64,000 bases of DNA from Squalus acanthias (Eukaryota). The notes beneath the pieces were generated by a model that had not been told where the DNA came from, made no database searches, and worked only from the letters and a program-made list of their open reading frames with translations. This document shows, in pieces, positions 38,285 to 50,288 of the stretch. The DNA is taken from contig CM059432.1 in assembly GCA_030390025.1 (NCBI GenBank), forward strand, positions 41,728,001-41,792,000. Reading direction: 5' to 3'. A program made the translations under genes and the position numbers. Position 1 is the first letter of the stretch, and each line of letters begins with the position of its first letter.

Positions 38285-38293
38285 TTTTAGAAA
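38285..38293 (-). other. Candidate 9-nt microexon (FLK) in the TMEM67 intron between exons 18 and 19
   Basis: Minus strand reads ttgcatttgccatttttctaaatctcactcttctatcttag|TTTCTAAAA|gtaagt: pyrimidine tract, AG, frame-preserving 9 nt, consensus donor. Confidence 0.4.
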
Positions 38294-38369
38294 CTAAGAT
38301 AGAAGAGTGAGATTTAGAAAAATGGCAAATGCAATTGCAAAGCCAGTTATGTGTGTGGCATGTATTTTT

Positions 38370-39390
38370 TTAATTCGTTCATGGGATCTGGGCATCGCTG
38401 GCAAAGCCAGCATTTATTGCCCATCCCTAATTGCCCTTGAAAAGGTGGTGGTGAGCCGCCTTCTTGAACCGCTGCAATCCATTTGGTGAAGGTACTCCCA
38501 CAGTGCTGTTAGGGAGGGTGTTCCAGGATTTTGACCCAGCGACGATGAAGGAACAGCGATATACTTTCAAGTCAGGATGGTGTGTGACTTGGAGGGGAAC
38601 TTGGAGGTGGTGGTGTTCCCATGTGCCTGCTGCCCTTGTCCTTCCAGGTGGTAGAGGTCGCGGGTTTGGGAGGTGCTGCTGAAGAAGCCTTGGCGAGTTG
38701 CTGCAGTGCATCTTGTAGATGGTACACACTGCAGCCACGGTACACCGGTGGTGGAAGGAGTGAATGTTGAAGGTGGTGGTAGGGTGTCAATCAAGCGGGT
38801 TGCTTTGTCCTGGATGATGTCGAGCTTCTTGAGGGTTGTTGGAGCTGCACTCATCCATCACACAACTTGCTTGTGCCTTGTACATGGTGGAAAGGCTTTG
38901 GGGAGTCAGGAGGTGAGATACTCTCCGCAGAATACCTAGCCTCTGACCTGCTCTTGTTGCCACAGTATTTATATGGCTGGTCCAGTTAAGTTTCTGGTCA
39001 ATGGTGACCCCCAGGATGTTGATGGTGGGGGATTCAGCGATGGTAATGCCGTTGAATGTCAAGGGACGGTGGTTAGACTCTCGCTTGTTGGAGATAGTCA
39101 ATCCCTGGCACTTGTGTGGCGTGAATGTTACCTGCCACTTATCAGCCCAAGTCTGAATGTCATTCAGGTCTTGTTGCATGCAGGCATGGACTGCTTCATT
39201 ATCTGAGGAATTGCGAATGGCACTGAACACTGTGTAATCATCGGTGAACATCCCCATTTCTGACCATATGTTGGAGGGAAGGTCATTGATGAAGCAGCTG
39301 AAGATGGTTGGGCCTAGGACACTGCCCTGAGGAACTCCTGCAGTGATGTCCTGGGGCTGTGATGATTGACCTCCAACCACCACAACCATA
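38370..39390 (-). mobile_element. CR1/L2-clade LINE, 5'-truncated
   Basis: GVPQGSVLGPTIF, FTDD, ILGVTIDQKLNW, RFKKAAHHHL. Confidence 0.88.
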
Positions 39391-39399
39391 TCCTATACA

Positions 39400-39715
39400 T
39401 TACCAAAATTGCTTACCTCCACATCCATAATCTCCGGCCTCCATCCTTACTGCATTTCCATTGCTGAAGGCTATTTGTTACCTTCAAACTTAATTCTCCA
39501 ATGCCCTCCTTGCCAGTTTCTGAGGTTCCAGCCTACACAAACTCTAATTGTCTAAAACTCTGCTACCCACATTCTTTGCTGCTCTAAATACCACTCACTC
39601 ATCTTCCATTGGCTCCCTGTGCCTCAAGACGTCACATTCAAAATCTTCATCTTCATTTACAAATTACTCTATGCCTCACGCCAGCCTACCTCTGCAACCT
39701 CCTCCAGCCCTACAT
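39400..39715 (+). mobile_element. Old L2 fragment
   Basis: cttccattggctccctgtg...cattcaaaatc, resembling L2 HWLPV..I.FKI. Confidence 0.55.
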
Positions 39716-40347
39716 CTGAACATAAGAACATAAGAAATAGGAGCAGGAGTAGGCCATTTGGTCCTTCGAGCCTGCTCCGCCATTCAAATAAGATCATGGC
39801 TTATCTTCTACCTCATCTCCACTTTCCTGAACTATCCCCATATCCCTTGATTCCCTTAATATTCAAAAATCTATCAATCTCTGTCTTGAATATACTCAAC
39901 GAGCCTCCAGAGCTCTCTGGGTTAGAGAATTCCAAAGATTCACCATCCTCTGAGTGAAGAAATTTCTCCTCATCTCAGTCCTAAATGGCCGACCACTTAT
40001 TCTGAGACTGTGACGCCTGGTTCTAGACTCCCCAGCCAGGGGAAATCCTCCCTGCATCTACCCTGTCAAATCCTGTAAGAAATTTGTATGTTTCAATGAG
40101 ATCACCTCTCATTCTTCTAAACTCTAGAGAATATAGGCCCAGTCTACTCAATCTGTCCTCATAGGACAATCCCCCCATCGCAGGAACAAGTCTGGTGAAC
40201 CTTCGTTGCACTCCCTCTATGGCAAGTATATCCTTCCTTAGGTAAGGAGAACAAAACTGTACACAATACTCCAGGTGTGGTCTCACCAGGGCCCTATATA
40301 ATTGCAGTAAGACGTCTTTACTCTTATACTCAAATCCTCTTGTAATA

Positions 40348-43300
40348 AGAACATAAGAAATAGGAGCAGGAGTAGGCCAATTGGCCCCTCGAGCCTGCTC
40401 CGCCATTCAATAAGATCATGGCTGATCTAATCCTAACCGCCAATCTACTATCACAGAACCATCTCCTGAACCTAACAGAATTGCACACACGAAATAGGAG
40501 CAGGATCAGGCTACACGGCCCCTGGGCCCGCTACGCTACCCACAGGGCCATGGCCGATCCGAACCTAGACTCATGTCCAAATTCCTGCCCGCTCCCCGTA
40601 ACCCTTAATTCCCCTTACTTCTAGGAAACTGTCTATTTCTGTTTTAAATTTATGTAATGATGTAGCTTCTACAGCTTTTTGGGGCAGCATATTCCATGGA
40701 CCTACCACCCTCTGAGTGAAGTAGTTCCTTCTCATCTCAGTTTTGAAAGAGCAGCTCCTTATTCTAAGACTATGCCCCCCAGTTCTAGTTTCACCCATCA
40801 TCGGGAACATCCTCACCGCATCCACCCGATCCAACCCCTTCACAATCTTATATGTTTCAATAAGATCGCCTCTCATTCTTCTGAACTCCAATGAGTAGAG
40901 TCCCAATCTACCCAACCTCTCCTCATATGTCCATCCCCTCATCCCCGGGATTAACCGAGTGAACCTTCTTTGTACTGACTCGAGAGCAAGTATGTCTTTT
41001 CTTTTCTTAAGTATGGACACCAAAACTGTATGCAGTATTCCAGGTGCGGTCTCACCAATACCTTGTACAACTGAAGCAATACCTCCCTATTTTTATATTC
41101 TATTCCCTTAGCAATGAAAGCCAACATTCCATTGGCCTTCTTAATCACTTGCTGCACCTGCATACTAACCTTTTGAGTTTCGTGCACCAGGACCCCCAGA
41201 TCCCTTTGCACTTCAGTACTTTCCAGTTTCTTGCCATTTAGATAATAACTTGCTCTACTATTTTTCCTGCCAAAGTGCATAACCTCACACTTTCCAGTAT
41301 TGTATTCCATCTGCCAAATCTCTGCCCACTTACTTAGCCTGTCTATGTCCCCTTGCAGATTTTTTATGTCCTCCTCACTCACTACTTTCCCTCCCATCTT
41401 AGTATCATCTGCAAACTTTGATATGTTACACTCGGTCCCCTCCTGCAAATCGTTAATATAGATTGTAAAGAGTTGGGGACCCAGCACTGACCCCTGCGGA
41501 ACACCACTAGTTACTGATTGCCAGTCTGAGAATGAACCATTTATCCCAACTCTCTGCCTTCTGTTAGATAGCCAATCCTCTATCCATGCCAGAATATTAT
41601 TCCCAATCCCGTGATTTTTTTATCTTAAGCAATAATCTTTTGTGTGGCACCTTGTCAAATGCCTTTTGGAAGTCTAAATACACCACATCCACCGGTTCCC
41701 CTTTATCCACCCTGTGTGTTACTTCCTCAAAGAACTCCAGCAAATTTGTCAAACATGACTTCCCCTTCATAAAACCATGCTGACTTTGTCCTATTAAATT
41801 ATGATTATCCAAATGTCCCGTTACTGTCTCCTTAATAATGGACTCCAAAATTTTACCTACCACAGATGTTAGGCTAACCGGTCTATAGTTTCCAGCCTTC
41901 TGTCTACTGCCCTTTTTAAATAAGGGTGTTACATTGGCAGTTTTCCAGTCTGCCGGGATCTTTGCTGAGTCCAGGGAGTTTTGGAAAATTATTACCAATG
42001 CATCCACAACCCCTACCGCCACTTCCCGCAAGACCCTAGGATGTAAGCCATCAGGTCCAGGTGATTTATCCGCCTTGAGTCCCATTATTTTACCGAGTAC
42101 CACTTCCTTAGTGATTTTGATCGTGTTTAGCTCCTCCCCCCCTATAGCCCCCTGTTTGTCCAGTGTTGGGATATTCTTAGTGTCCTCTACTGTAAAGACT
42201 GATACAAAATATTCATTCAGTGTATTTGCCATCTCCATATTTCCCACCATTAATTTCCCGGTCTCATCCTCTAAGGGACCAACATTTACTTTAGCCACCC
42301 TTTTTCTTTTTATATAACTATAAAAACTCTTACTATCTGTTTTTATATTTTTTGCTAATTTACTTTCATAATCTATCTTCCCTTTCTTAATATATCTTTT
42401 TGTTATTTTTTGCTGTCTTTTAAAGTTTTCCCAATCCTCTATCCTCCCACTAGATTTGGCTACCTTATAAGCCCTTGTTTTTAGTCAAATATTATCCTTA
42501 ATTTCTTTACTTAGCCACAGATGACTGTCTTTTCTTTTACACCCTTTTCTTCTCAGTGGAATATATATTTTTTGGAAGTTGTAAAATAACTCCTTAAATG
42601 TACACCACTGATCATGTATCGTCTTAACCTTTAATCTATTTTCCCAATCCACTCTACTCAATTCCGCTCGCATACCTTCATAGTCTCCTTTATTCAAGCT
42701 TAGCACGCTTGTTTGAGATCCAACCTTCTCACCCTCTAATTGAATATGGAATTCAACCATGTTATGGTCACTCATTCCAAGGGGATCCTTTACTAGGACA
42801 TTTTTAATTAATCCTGTCTCGTTACACAGGACCAGATCTAAGGTTGCTTGCCCCCTGGTCGGTTCAGTTACATACTGCTCAAGAAACCCATCCCTAATAC
42901 ACTCAATGAACTCATCCTCAAGGCAGCCCTGCCCAATTTGATTTGTCCAATTAATATGATAGTTAAAATCCCCCATAATTATAGATGTTCCCTTATTACA
43001 AGCCTCAACTATTTCCCGATTGATACTCCGTCCAACAGAGTTGCAACTATTCGGAGGCCTATAGACTACGCCCACTAGTGTTTTTTTCCCCTTATTATTC
43101 CTTATCTCCACCCAAACTGTTTCATTATCCTGATCTTTTGACCCAATATCATTTCTCTGTATTACAGTGATTCCTTCCTTTATTAACATAGCCACCCCAC
43201 CTCCCCTTCCTTCCTGCCTGTCCTTCCTGATGGTTAAATAACCTGGTATGTTTAATTCCCAGGCATTGTCACCCTGCAGCCATGTTTCTGTAATGGCCAC

Positions 43301-44429
43301 AAGATCATACCCATATGTAGTTATTTGTGCCATTAACTCGTCTATTTTGTTACGAATGCTACGTGCATTCAGATAGAGAACTTTCAAATATGTTTTGTGA
43401 CACTTAGTTCCTGATTTTGCCCTTTTTATTACTTTACCTTTTACTCCATATCTTCTGCCCCTTCCTGACACACTCTGGTTTTTCATTTCCCCACTGCTAG
43501 CTAAGTCTATGACCTTCTCTGTTGTCATTTTTATTATTTGCTCTCTAGGAACCTCCCCCGCACTGGTTAGTTTAAAGCCCTCTCTACAGCCCTAGTTATA
43601 TGATCCGCCAGGACTCTAGTCCCAGCACTGGCCAAGTGAAGCCCGTCCCAACGGAACAGCTCCCTCCTGCCCCAGTACTGGTGCCAGTGTCCCAGGAAGC
43701 AAAACCCATTTCTCCCACACCAGTCTTTGAGCCACTCATTTAACTCTCTAATTTTATTTGTCCTAGCCAAATTCGCTCGTGGCTCAGGTAATAATCCAGA
43801 GATTATTACCCTTGAGGTTCTGTTTTTTAATTTGACCCCTAGCTGCTCATACTCCTTTAACAGAACCGGCTTCTTTGTCCTATCTACGTCGTTTGTACCA
43901 ACATGTACCATGACAACTGGATCCACCCCCTCCCACTGCAAGTTTCTTTCCAGCCCAGAGGAGATGTCCTTAACCCTGGCACCGGGCAGGCAACACAGCC
44001 TACGGGACTCTCGCTCTCGGCTGCAGAGAACTCTATCTATCCCCCTAATAATTCTATCCCCTACCACTACAACATTTCTATTTACTCCCCTCTCTTGAAT
44101 GGCCCCCCGTTCCACGGTGCTGTGGCCAGGTTGCTCATCCTCCCTGCAGTCCCTGCTCCCGTACCCACAGGGAGTAAGAACCTCGAACCTGTTGGACAAG
44201 AGCAAGGGCTGCGGCTCCTCCAACACTACCTCCTGGATCCCCGTACCTGCCTCACTCGTAGTCACACCGTCCTGTCCCTGACCATGGGCTACATCTGAAT
44301 TAATTAACTTCATAGGTGTGACCACCTCCTGAAACACAGAGTCCAGGTACTTCTCCCCCTCCCTGATGTGTCGCAGTGTCTGAAGCTCAGACTCCAGCTC
44401 ATCAACACGGAGCTGGAGTTCCTGTAGCA
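40348..44429 (-). mobile_element. Young CR1 LINE: partial ORF1, ORF2 and extended 3' UTR
   Basis: ORF1 esterase (HVGTND, DGLHL; GDS mutated to GDR); EN ORF 42485-43528; RT ORFs; few disruptions. Confidence 0.94.
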
Positions 44430-45518
44430 GCCAACATACCATTTGCTTTCCTAATTGCTTGCTGTACCTGCATGTTAACTTTCAGTGATTCGTGTACAAG
44501 GACACCCAGGTCCCTCTGAACACCAAATTTCCCAATCTCTCACCATTTAAAAAATACTCTGCTTTTCTATTTTTCCTACCAAAGTGGATAACTTCACATT
44601 TCTCCATATTATATTCCATTTGCCATGTCCTTGCCCACTCACTTTGCCTGTCTATATCCCCTTGAAGCCACCTTGCATCCTCCTCACAACTTACATTCCC
44701 ACCCAGCTTTGTATCATCAGCAAACTTGGATATATTACATTTGGTCCCCTCATCCAAATCATTGATGTAGATTGTGAATAGCTGAGGCTCAAGCACTGAT
44801 CCTTGCGGTACCCCACTAGTTACAGCCTGCCAACCAGAAAATTACCCGTTTATTCCTACTCTGTTTTCTGTCCGTTAACCAATCCTCAATCTATGCTAAT
44901 ATATTACCCCCAATCCCATGAGCCCTAAATTTGTTTAATAACCTCTTGTGTAGCATCTTATCGAATACCTTCTGAAAATCCAAATACACCCCATCCACTG
45001 GTTCCCCCTTATCTATTCTGTTAGTTACAACCTCAAAAAACTCAAACAGATTTGTCAAACATGATTTCCCTTTCATAAATCCGTGTTGACTCTGCCCAAT
45101 CCTATTATTATTTTCTGAGTGCCCTGTTACCATGTCCTTAATAATAGATTCTAGCATTTTCCCTACTACTGATGTCAGGCTAACTGGTCTGCAGTTCCCT
45201 GTTTTTTTCTCTCCCTCCTTTCTTAAATAGTGGGGTTATATTTGCTACTTTCCAATCCGTAGGGACCATTCTAGAATCTATGGAATTTTGGAAAATGACA
45301 ACCAATGCGCCCACTATCTCTATAGCCAACTCTTTCAAAACCCTAGGATGTAGGCCATCAGGTCCAGGAGATTTATCGGCTTTCAGTCCCATTAATTTCT
45401 CCAGTACTACTTTTTTACTAATACAAATATCTTTCAGTTCCTCATTCTCACTAGACCCTTGGTTGTCCACTATTTCTGGGAAGCTTTTTGCTTCTTCTCC
45501 CGTGAAGACAGACACAAA

Positions 45519-47085
45519 GGCCGCAATTTTCTCAGCGGTGTCGGGATGGGGGCGTGACAGCTGATTTCCGGGTTCCAGTCCAACCCCCAGCTGCCTCCAC
45601 TCTGTACACGTGATTTTCCCTTGATTGGCCTTGTTAAGCCCGGCCAATTAACAGGAAGCGGGTCTGATGATGTCATTTGATGACGCGTCATCTGCCGGTT
45701 CCTTAAAGGGACCATGCACAATTTTATTTTGACAGTTTATTTTTCAGTGTTTGACAGCATTGAGGTGCTGAAAACACTGACAATCACTGCACAACGGTGA
45801 ACTCTTGCACCCAGACTCTCTAATGACTCCCTCCATATGCTTATGGAGGGAGTCACAGTACGCAGGGAGGTTCTCTTCACTTCCAAGGGCGGAAGAGACC
45901 TCCCAAGGACACCAACTTACCTTGCACCTCCACCCAACCCTCTCTATCTACTTTCTCACTTCCCCATCTCACTAGCCACCCCTCACACGCACCCTCATTC
46001 TACTGCAAGCATGCCAACTAACAACACACAAGGGTGGGCAGTTGAGAGGTTTAGCCAATGTCCATGTGAAGTTTCTGGTAATGTGTTGTCATACAGTGAA
46101 ATCTCTTTTTCAAAAAGTGCCCCTTATTGCACAGATCTGAGCGCACATTGAGAAGTGTCTTACTGAGTTCCAGTGATTGTTCAGTCATAACTCCCCCACC
46201 AGCACCCCCCTCTCCCCCCGCCCCGCAAAAGTGATGTGTGTGCATTGAATGGCTTGGACATTAAAGGGATGCTTCACGGTGCTGGTGTGGGATGGTGTCA
46301 ACCTGGCGCATCATGTGGCAGCCAGGGTTTACAGCATCAAGTGAAGAAAGTCTGGCCATGGTGATGCCATTGCTGGCCTCCTGGCCAGCAATTTTGTCAG
46401 GGGCTGATGCCCTTTGTTCAGTGCAGCATCAGGTGATGGCGGCGAAGGGTGGTGATGAGGCTAGTGATGTTGGTGTTGGGGATGATTGTGGAAGGATTCG
46501 GAGAACCAAGGTCTGATTGTTTCATTGGCTCCGATGTTGCTGGAATAGATGGCAGCTGCAGGTGAGATGGCAGAAGCGATCTGTCAATGGTGAGAGAGGT
46601 TCCTCCAATGAGGTAGCACTGGACATACAGTTAGATTTAAAAACTTGTAAGCTAAAGAAATCTGTATATGTATTAAAAATGCAGTAACTAACATTTTCTT
46701 TGCTCTGAAACTCACCATGTACAACATGGCATCCTTGACACCACATCTGCAGCTGTCATCTTTTCACAGACATCAGACCAGACTCACAACACGCCAGGTT
46801 GAGCTAGCATGTTCCCCGAACAGCGGGTAACCAGTGGAGGAGAAGGTAAAATTACAAGTAAGCCTCAAAAGACTTTTAAATTGGCTCTTAACAAGCCATT
46901 TAAGTACCAGAATTGTCTCCCCCGCCGCTTGGTGTCGGGTCAGTTCTGCGCTGACAGACCCGACACCTGGGAGACTCGCGTGGAGGTGGGTTGACAGCGG
47001 GTTTCCTACCCGCTGTCAATCTTTGCGATTTTGACAGCGGTCCCGCCTCCAAACCCGCACTCTGAGCGGCATCAAAATTCCGGCC
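45519..47085. mobile_element. Non-autonomous Harbinger E (ends related to element A)
   Basis: TIR GGCCGCAATTTT / AAAATTCCGGCC; TSD AAA; Myb remnant (RREVLF); right subterminus resembles 1680-1875. Confidence 0.88.
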
Positions 47086-47888
47086 AAAATATTTGTTTAA
47101 TTTCTCTGCCATTTCCTTATTCCCCATTATAATTTCTCCTGTCTCAGCCTGTACGGGACCCACATTTACTTTCACTAATCTTTTCCTTTTTACATACCTA
47201 TAGAAGCTTTTACAGTCTGTTTTTATGTCTCTCGCTAGGTTACTCACATATTCTATTTTCCCTTTCTTTATTAATTTCTTGGTCCTCCTTTGCTGAATTC
47301 TAAAATCCTCCCAATCCTCAGACTTATTACTCTTTTTGGCAGCATTATAAGCCCCTTCCTTTGATCTAATACTATCTTTAACTTCTCTTGTTAGCCACGG
47401 TTGGACCACTTTTCCTGTGGGGTTTTTGTGCCTTAAAGGAATGTATATTTGTTGTACATTATGTATTAATTCTTTAAATGCTAGCCATTGCTAGCTGTCA
47501 TACCTTTTAATGTAGTTTCCCAATCTACCTTAGCCAACTCGCCCCTCATACCTACGTAGTTTGCTTTGTTTAGATTTAAGACTCTAGTTTCAGATTTAAC
47601 TCAGTCACTTTCAAACTCAATATAAAATTCTATCATATTATGGTCACTCTTCCCTAAAGGCCCCTTTACTACAAGGTTATTAATTAACCCTTTCTCGTTG
47701 CACAATACTAGATCTAAAATAGCCTGTTCCCTATGCCTTTTGGTCTTTCAATTCTGGCTTCTTGTGCATCCTCTCCTTCCACTCCACTATCAGTACCAGA
47801 TGGGAAAAGGAGAATCTGTTGCAACACTTTGAACTGAGCATGCATAGCTGTGCTAACCCAATGTTACCAATATTCTTTATGCACATAC

Positions 47889-47975
47889 CTTCAGTGTGAA
47901 TGCACCTGCCACACAAGCAATAAAGGGGCTCTCCTGGCTTGGTGTGGGCAGAAGAACAGAAACAATCTGCTGACC
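47889..47975 (-). CDS. TMEM67: Meckelin coding exon (approx. exon 18), 87 nt
   Basis: ttcag acceptor and gtatgt donor. Encodes GQQIVSVLLPTPSQESPFIACVAGAFTLK. Confidence 0.93.
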
Positions 47976-48263
47976 CTGAAGGAACAAATAATCCCTAAGC
48001 AAATGTCAAAGTTATTGTAAACCATCTACATAGTAATTCATTCTATTTTTAAGGAATGTGTAAAGAATTTGACATAAGATATACAAAATAAGGAAAGAAT
48101 AGATGATGTATAAACTTGTGTCAAGAATCTGGCCAGAAATGGCATATATAGAGAAATAAATTCATTTTTGAGTAAATATTAAACATATATTAAGTATAAC
48201 CAAAACACTTTAGAAATTCCAAAAAATTAATGTAAATGTGATTTGATGTATATTATTATATTA

Positions 48264-48377
<114 letters not shown>

Positions 48378-48709
48378 CTAGATTTAAAAAAAAATTCTAT
48401 TTCACATTTTTGTCCCATTTAAGGCTGTAACTAACCAGTAACCATTACTTGTATAACAGTTCTGCAGCTTTGCCTTTACACTACTTAGATATTTAGGTTT
48501 CTGTTTTGCAGACAATTTCTATCTTATCTGTATCGTGGCAGACACACATTCAAATCCAATGTTGTAATGCAAACACCTTTTGTGATGAAAATAAATGTCC
48601 ATAATCCTGTTCCAAATCTGTGATGGCACATCTCTTATGTGGTGAACTGTGAAGAAAATGCAAAAATGCAGCTTCCAGTTGCTAACTGAATCTTCTCAAT
48701 GTGCTTATC

Positions 48710-49045
48710 TAGTGAGTTGCTGTGCCATGTGAACCAGGAAAGTCGCAAGATAAATTCTCAGTCTATACTGAGTCAGCTGACCTCAGCCACGGTGGCGGTA
48801 GGGGCACTACACGTGGTGTCAATGCCCTTGGATTAGGAAGAGGAAAATCAGCTAGGCTTTCTGATCCCCATCCAGGGACCCTTGTGGGAAGTGCCAAAAG
48901 TGAAAGTCCAGCAAAAACAGAATTGTGCTTATTTGTGGTGTCCTTCGATAGTCAATAACTTACCAATGTTCACCGTTAAGGCACCGGAGGGCAACTACTA
49001 TCTGTGGAAATGTACCGCAGCAAGGAGTCAACTCCTTCAGAACAG
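48710..49045 (+). repeat. Old unclassified interspersed repeat, copy 2
   Basis: Collinear similarity by eye to 12845-13170. Confidence 0.5.
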
Positions 49046-49104
49046 GATGTAAAGGGAGTAATTTAGCAGAGAGAAAACAAACAAAAATAAAATTGCCTTA
49101 ATAA

Positions 49105-49285
49105 AAGAAACAGATTATCTAGTCATTATCACATTGCCATTTATGGGAGCTTGCTATGTGCAAATTGGCTGCTGCATTTCCTACATTACAACAGTGACTA
49201 CACTTCAAAAGTACTTAATTGGCTGTAAAGCGCTTTGGGGGTCCAGTGGTCGTGAAAGGCGCTATATAAATGCCAGTCTTTCCTT
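49105..49285 (+). mobile_element. Deu-type SINE 3' fragment
   Basis: Matches 62565-62740. Confidence 0.85.
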
Positions 49286-49851
49286 TTTTTTGTTGCCTTA
49301 TTCAGTTTAGTAGCAGGTCAGACAGATCATGAGGCAGCTCCAGGAACTCAAAGGGTAGGTTCCCTGAAGAGTATTTGAGCCCTGCATTAAGTTCGAACGT
49401 ACGATAACCATAGAGTTCAGGGGAAGATATTAGGCTGATTAGGGACTTCACCACAGGGAGAGAGGGAAATATTGGAGGGTGAATCAACCAAGTCACTTAG
49501 CAGCTGGGGCAAGCACATTACTTGATTTGCATGCCCACCCTCTCAGTTGGGAAATGATACATAGCACTAAAGGAAAACTAGAGGAGGAGGGAAAATACAA
49601 GTTAAAAATAGGTGAAGAAAAAGAACAAAAAAATTTTTAAGTTCATATTAAAGAAATAATTTCCCAATCTTGAGCTCCCATGGGAGCTTGGTCTGCCCTA
49701 AATACATACTGGAAATTTGGGCAAGTGTAGTGCACAATTTTAGAACTATTTAACTTTATAAAAAGTCATGTACAGCACGTGTTTCAACTTCTAATATGTG
49801 CTCCCATCAGAAGCACAAGATCAAAAAAAAAACTCTTAAATGCACACTTAC

Positions 49852-49950
49852 TGGAATGTCAATCATTGTAGATCCAATTCGTCTTTTCCAACTGGCTGTC
49901 TTCAACACAGAGCATATCGCTGATAAACCAGACAGGAAACCCAGTGCAAT
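49852..49950 (-). CDS. TMEM67: Meckelin coding exon (approx. exon 16), 99 nt, first TM helix
   Basis: tttag acceptor and gtaagt donor. Encodes IALGFLSGLSAICSVLKTASWKRRIGSTMIDIP. Confidence 0.95.
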
Positions 49951-50288
49951 CTAAAGCAGAAGAACATGCATTTTTAATAAATCCAGTTTATAAAAGTTTT
50001 TTTCCTACTTTTCACCCATCCATCCCCCCATTGGCCTCTTGTCATCATATTATTCTCACTGATTTTGAGAGTAGATTGGTCCAGTTTGTAGAATCTGGAC
50101 TTTGAATTTAAGTAGTTATCAAAATGGATTCCTCCTTTCCCCACATGCAAAGGCCGCTCTGTTCAGTTTTATCTTCCTTTCAATCACAGATAACCTGGTC
50201 AAGGCTGCCAAAATATGTTATTCAATAGATGCTGAATTACACATGAAAAGGAACTTGAATTCAGCACTGTAACTACTCAACCACTCAT

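Larger units (their letters stand above)
39718..47730 (-). mobile_element. CR1 LINE split by a younger CR1 and a Harbinger
   Basis: Pieces 39718-40347, 44430-45518 and 47086-47730 rejoin in register (e.g. AEKLNKYF|VSVFT). Confidence 0.88.

Noticed and set aside
43567..44442. Host or horizontally acquired SGNH esterase gene
   Set aside because: It is the known esterase-type ORF1 of CR1, directly upstream of ORF2.
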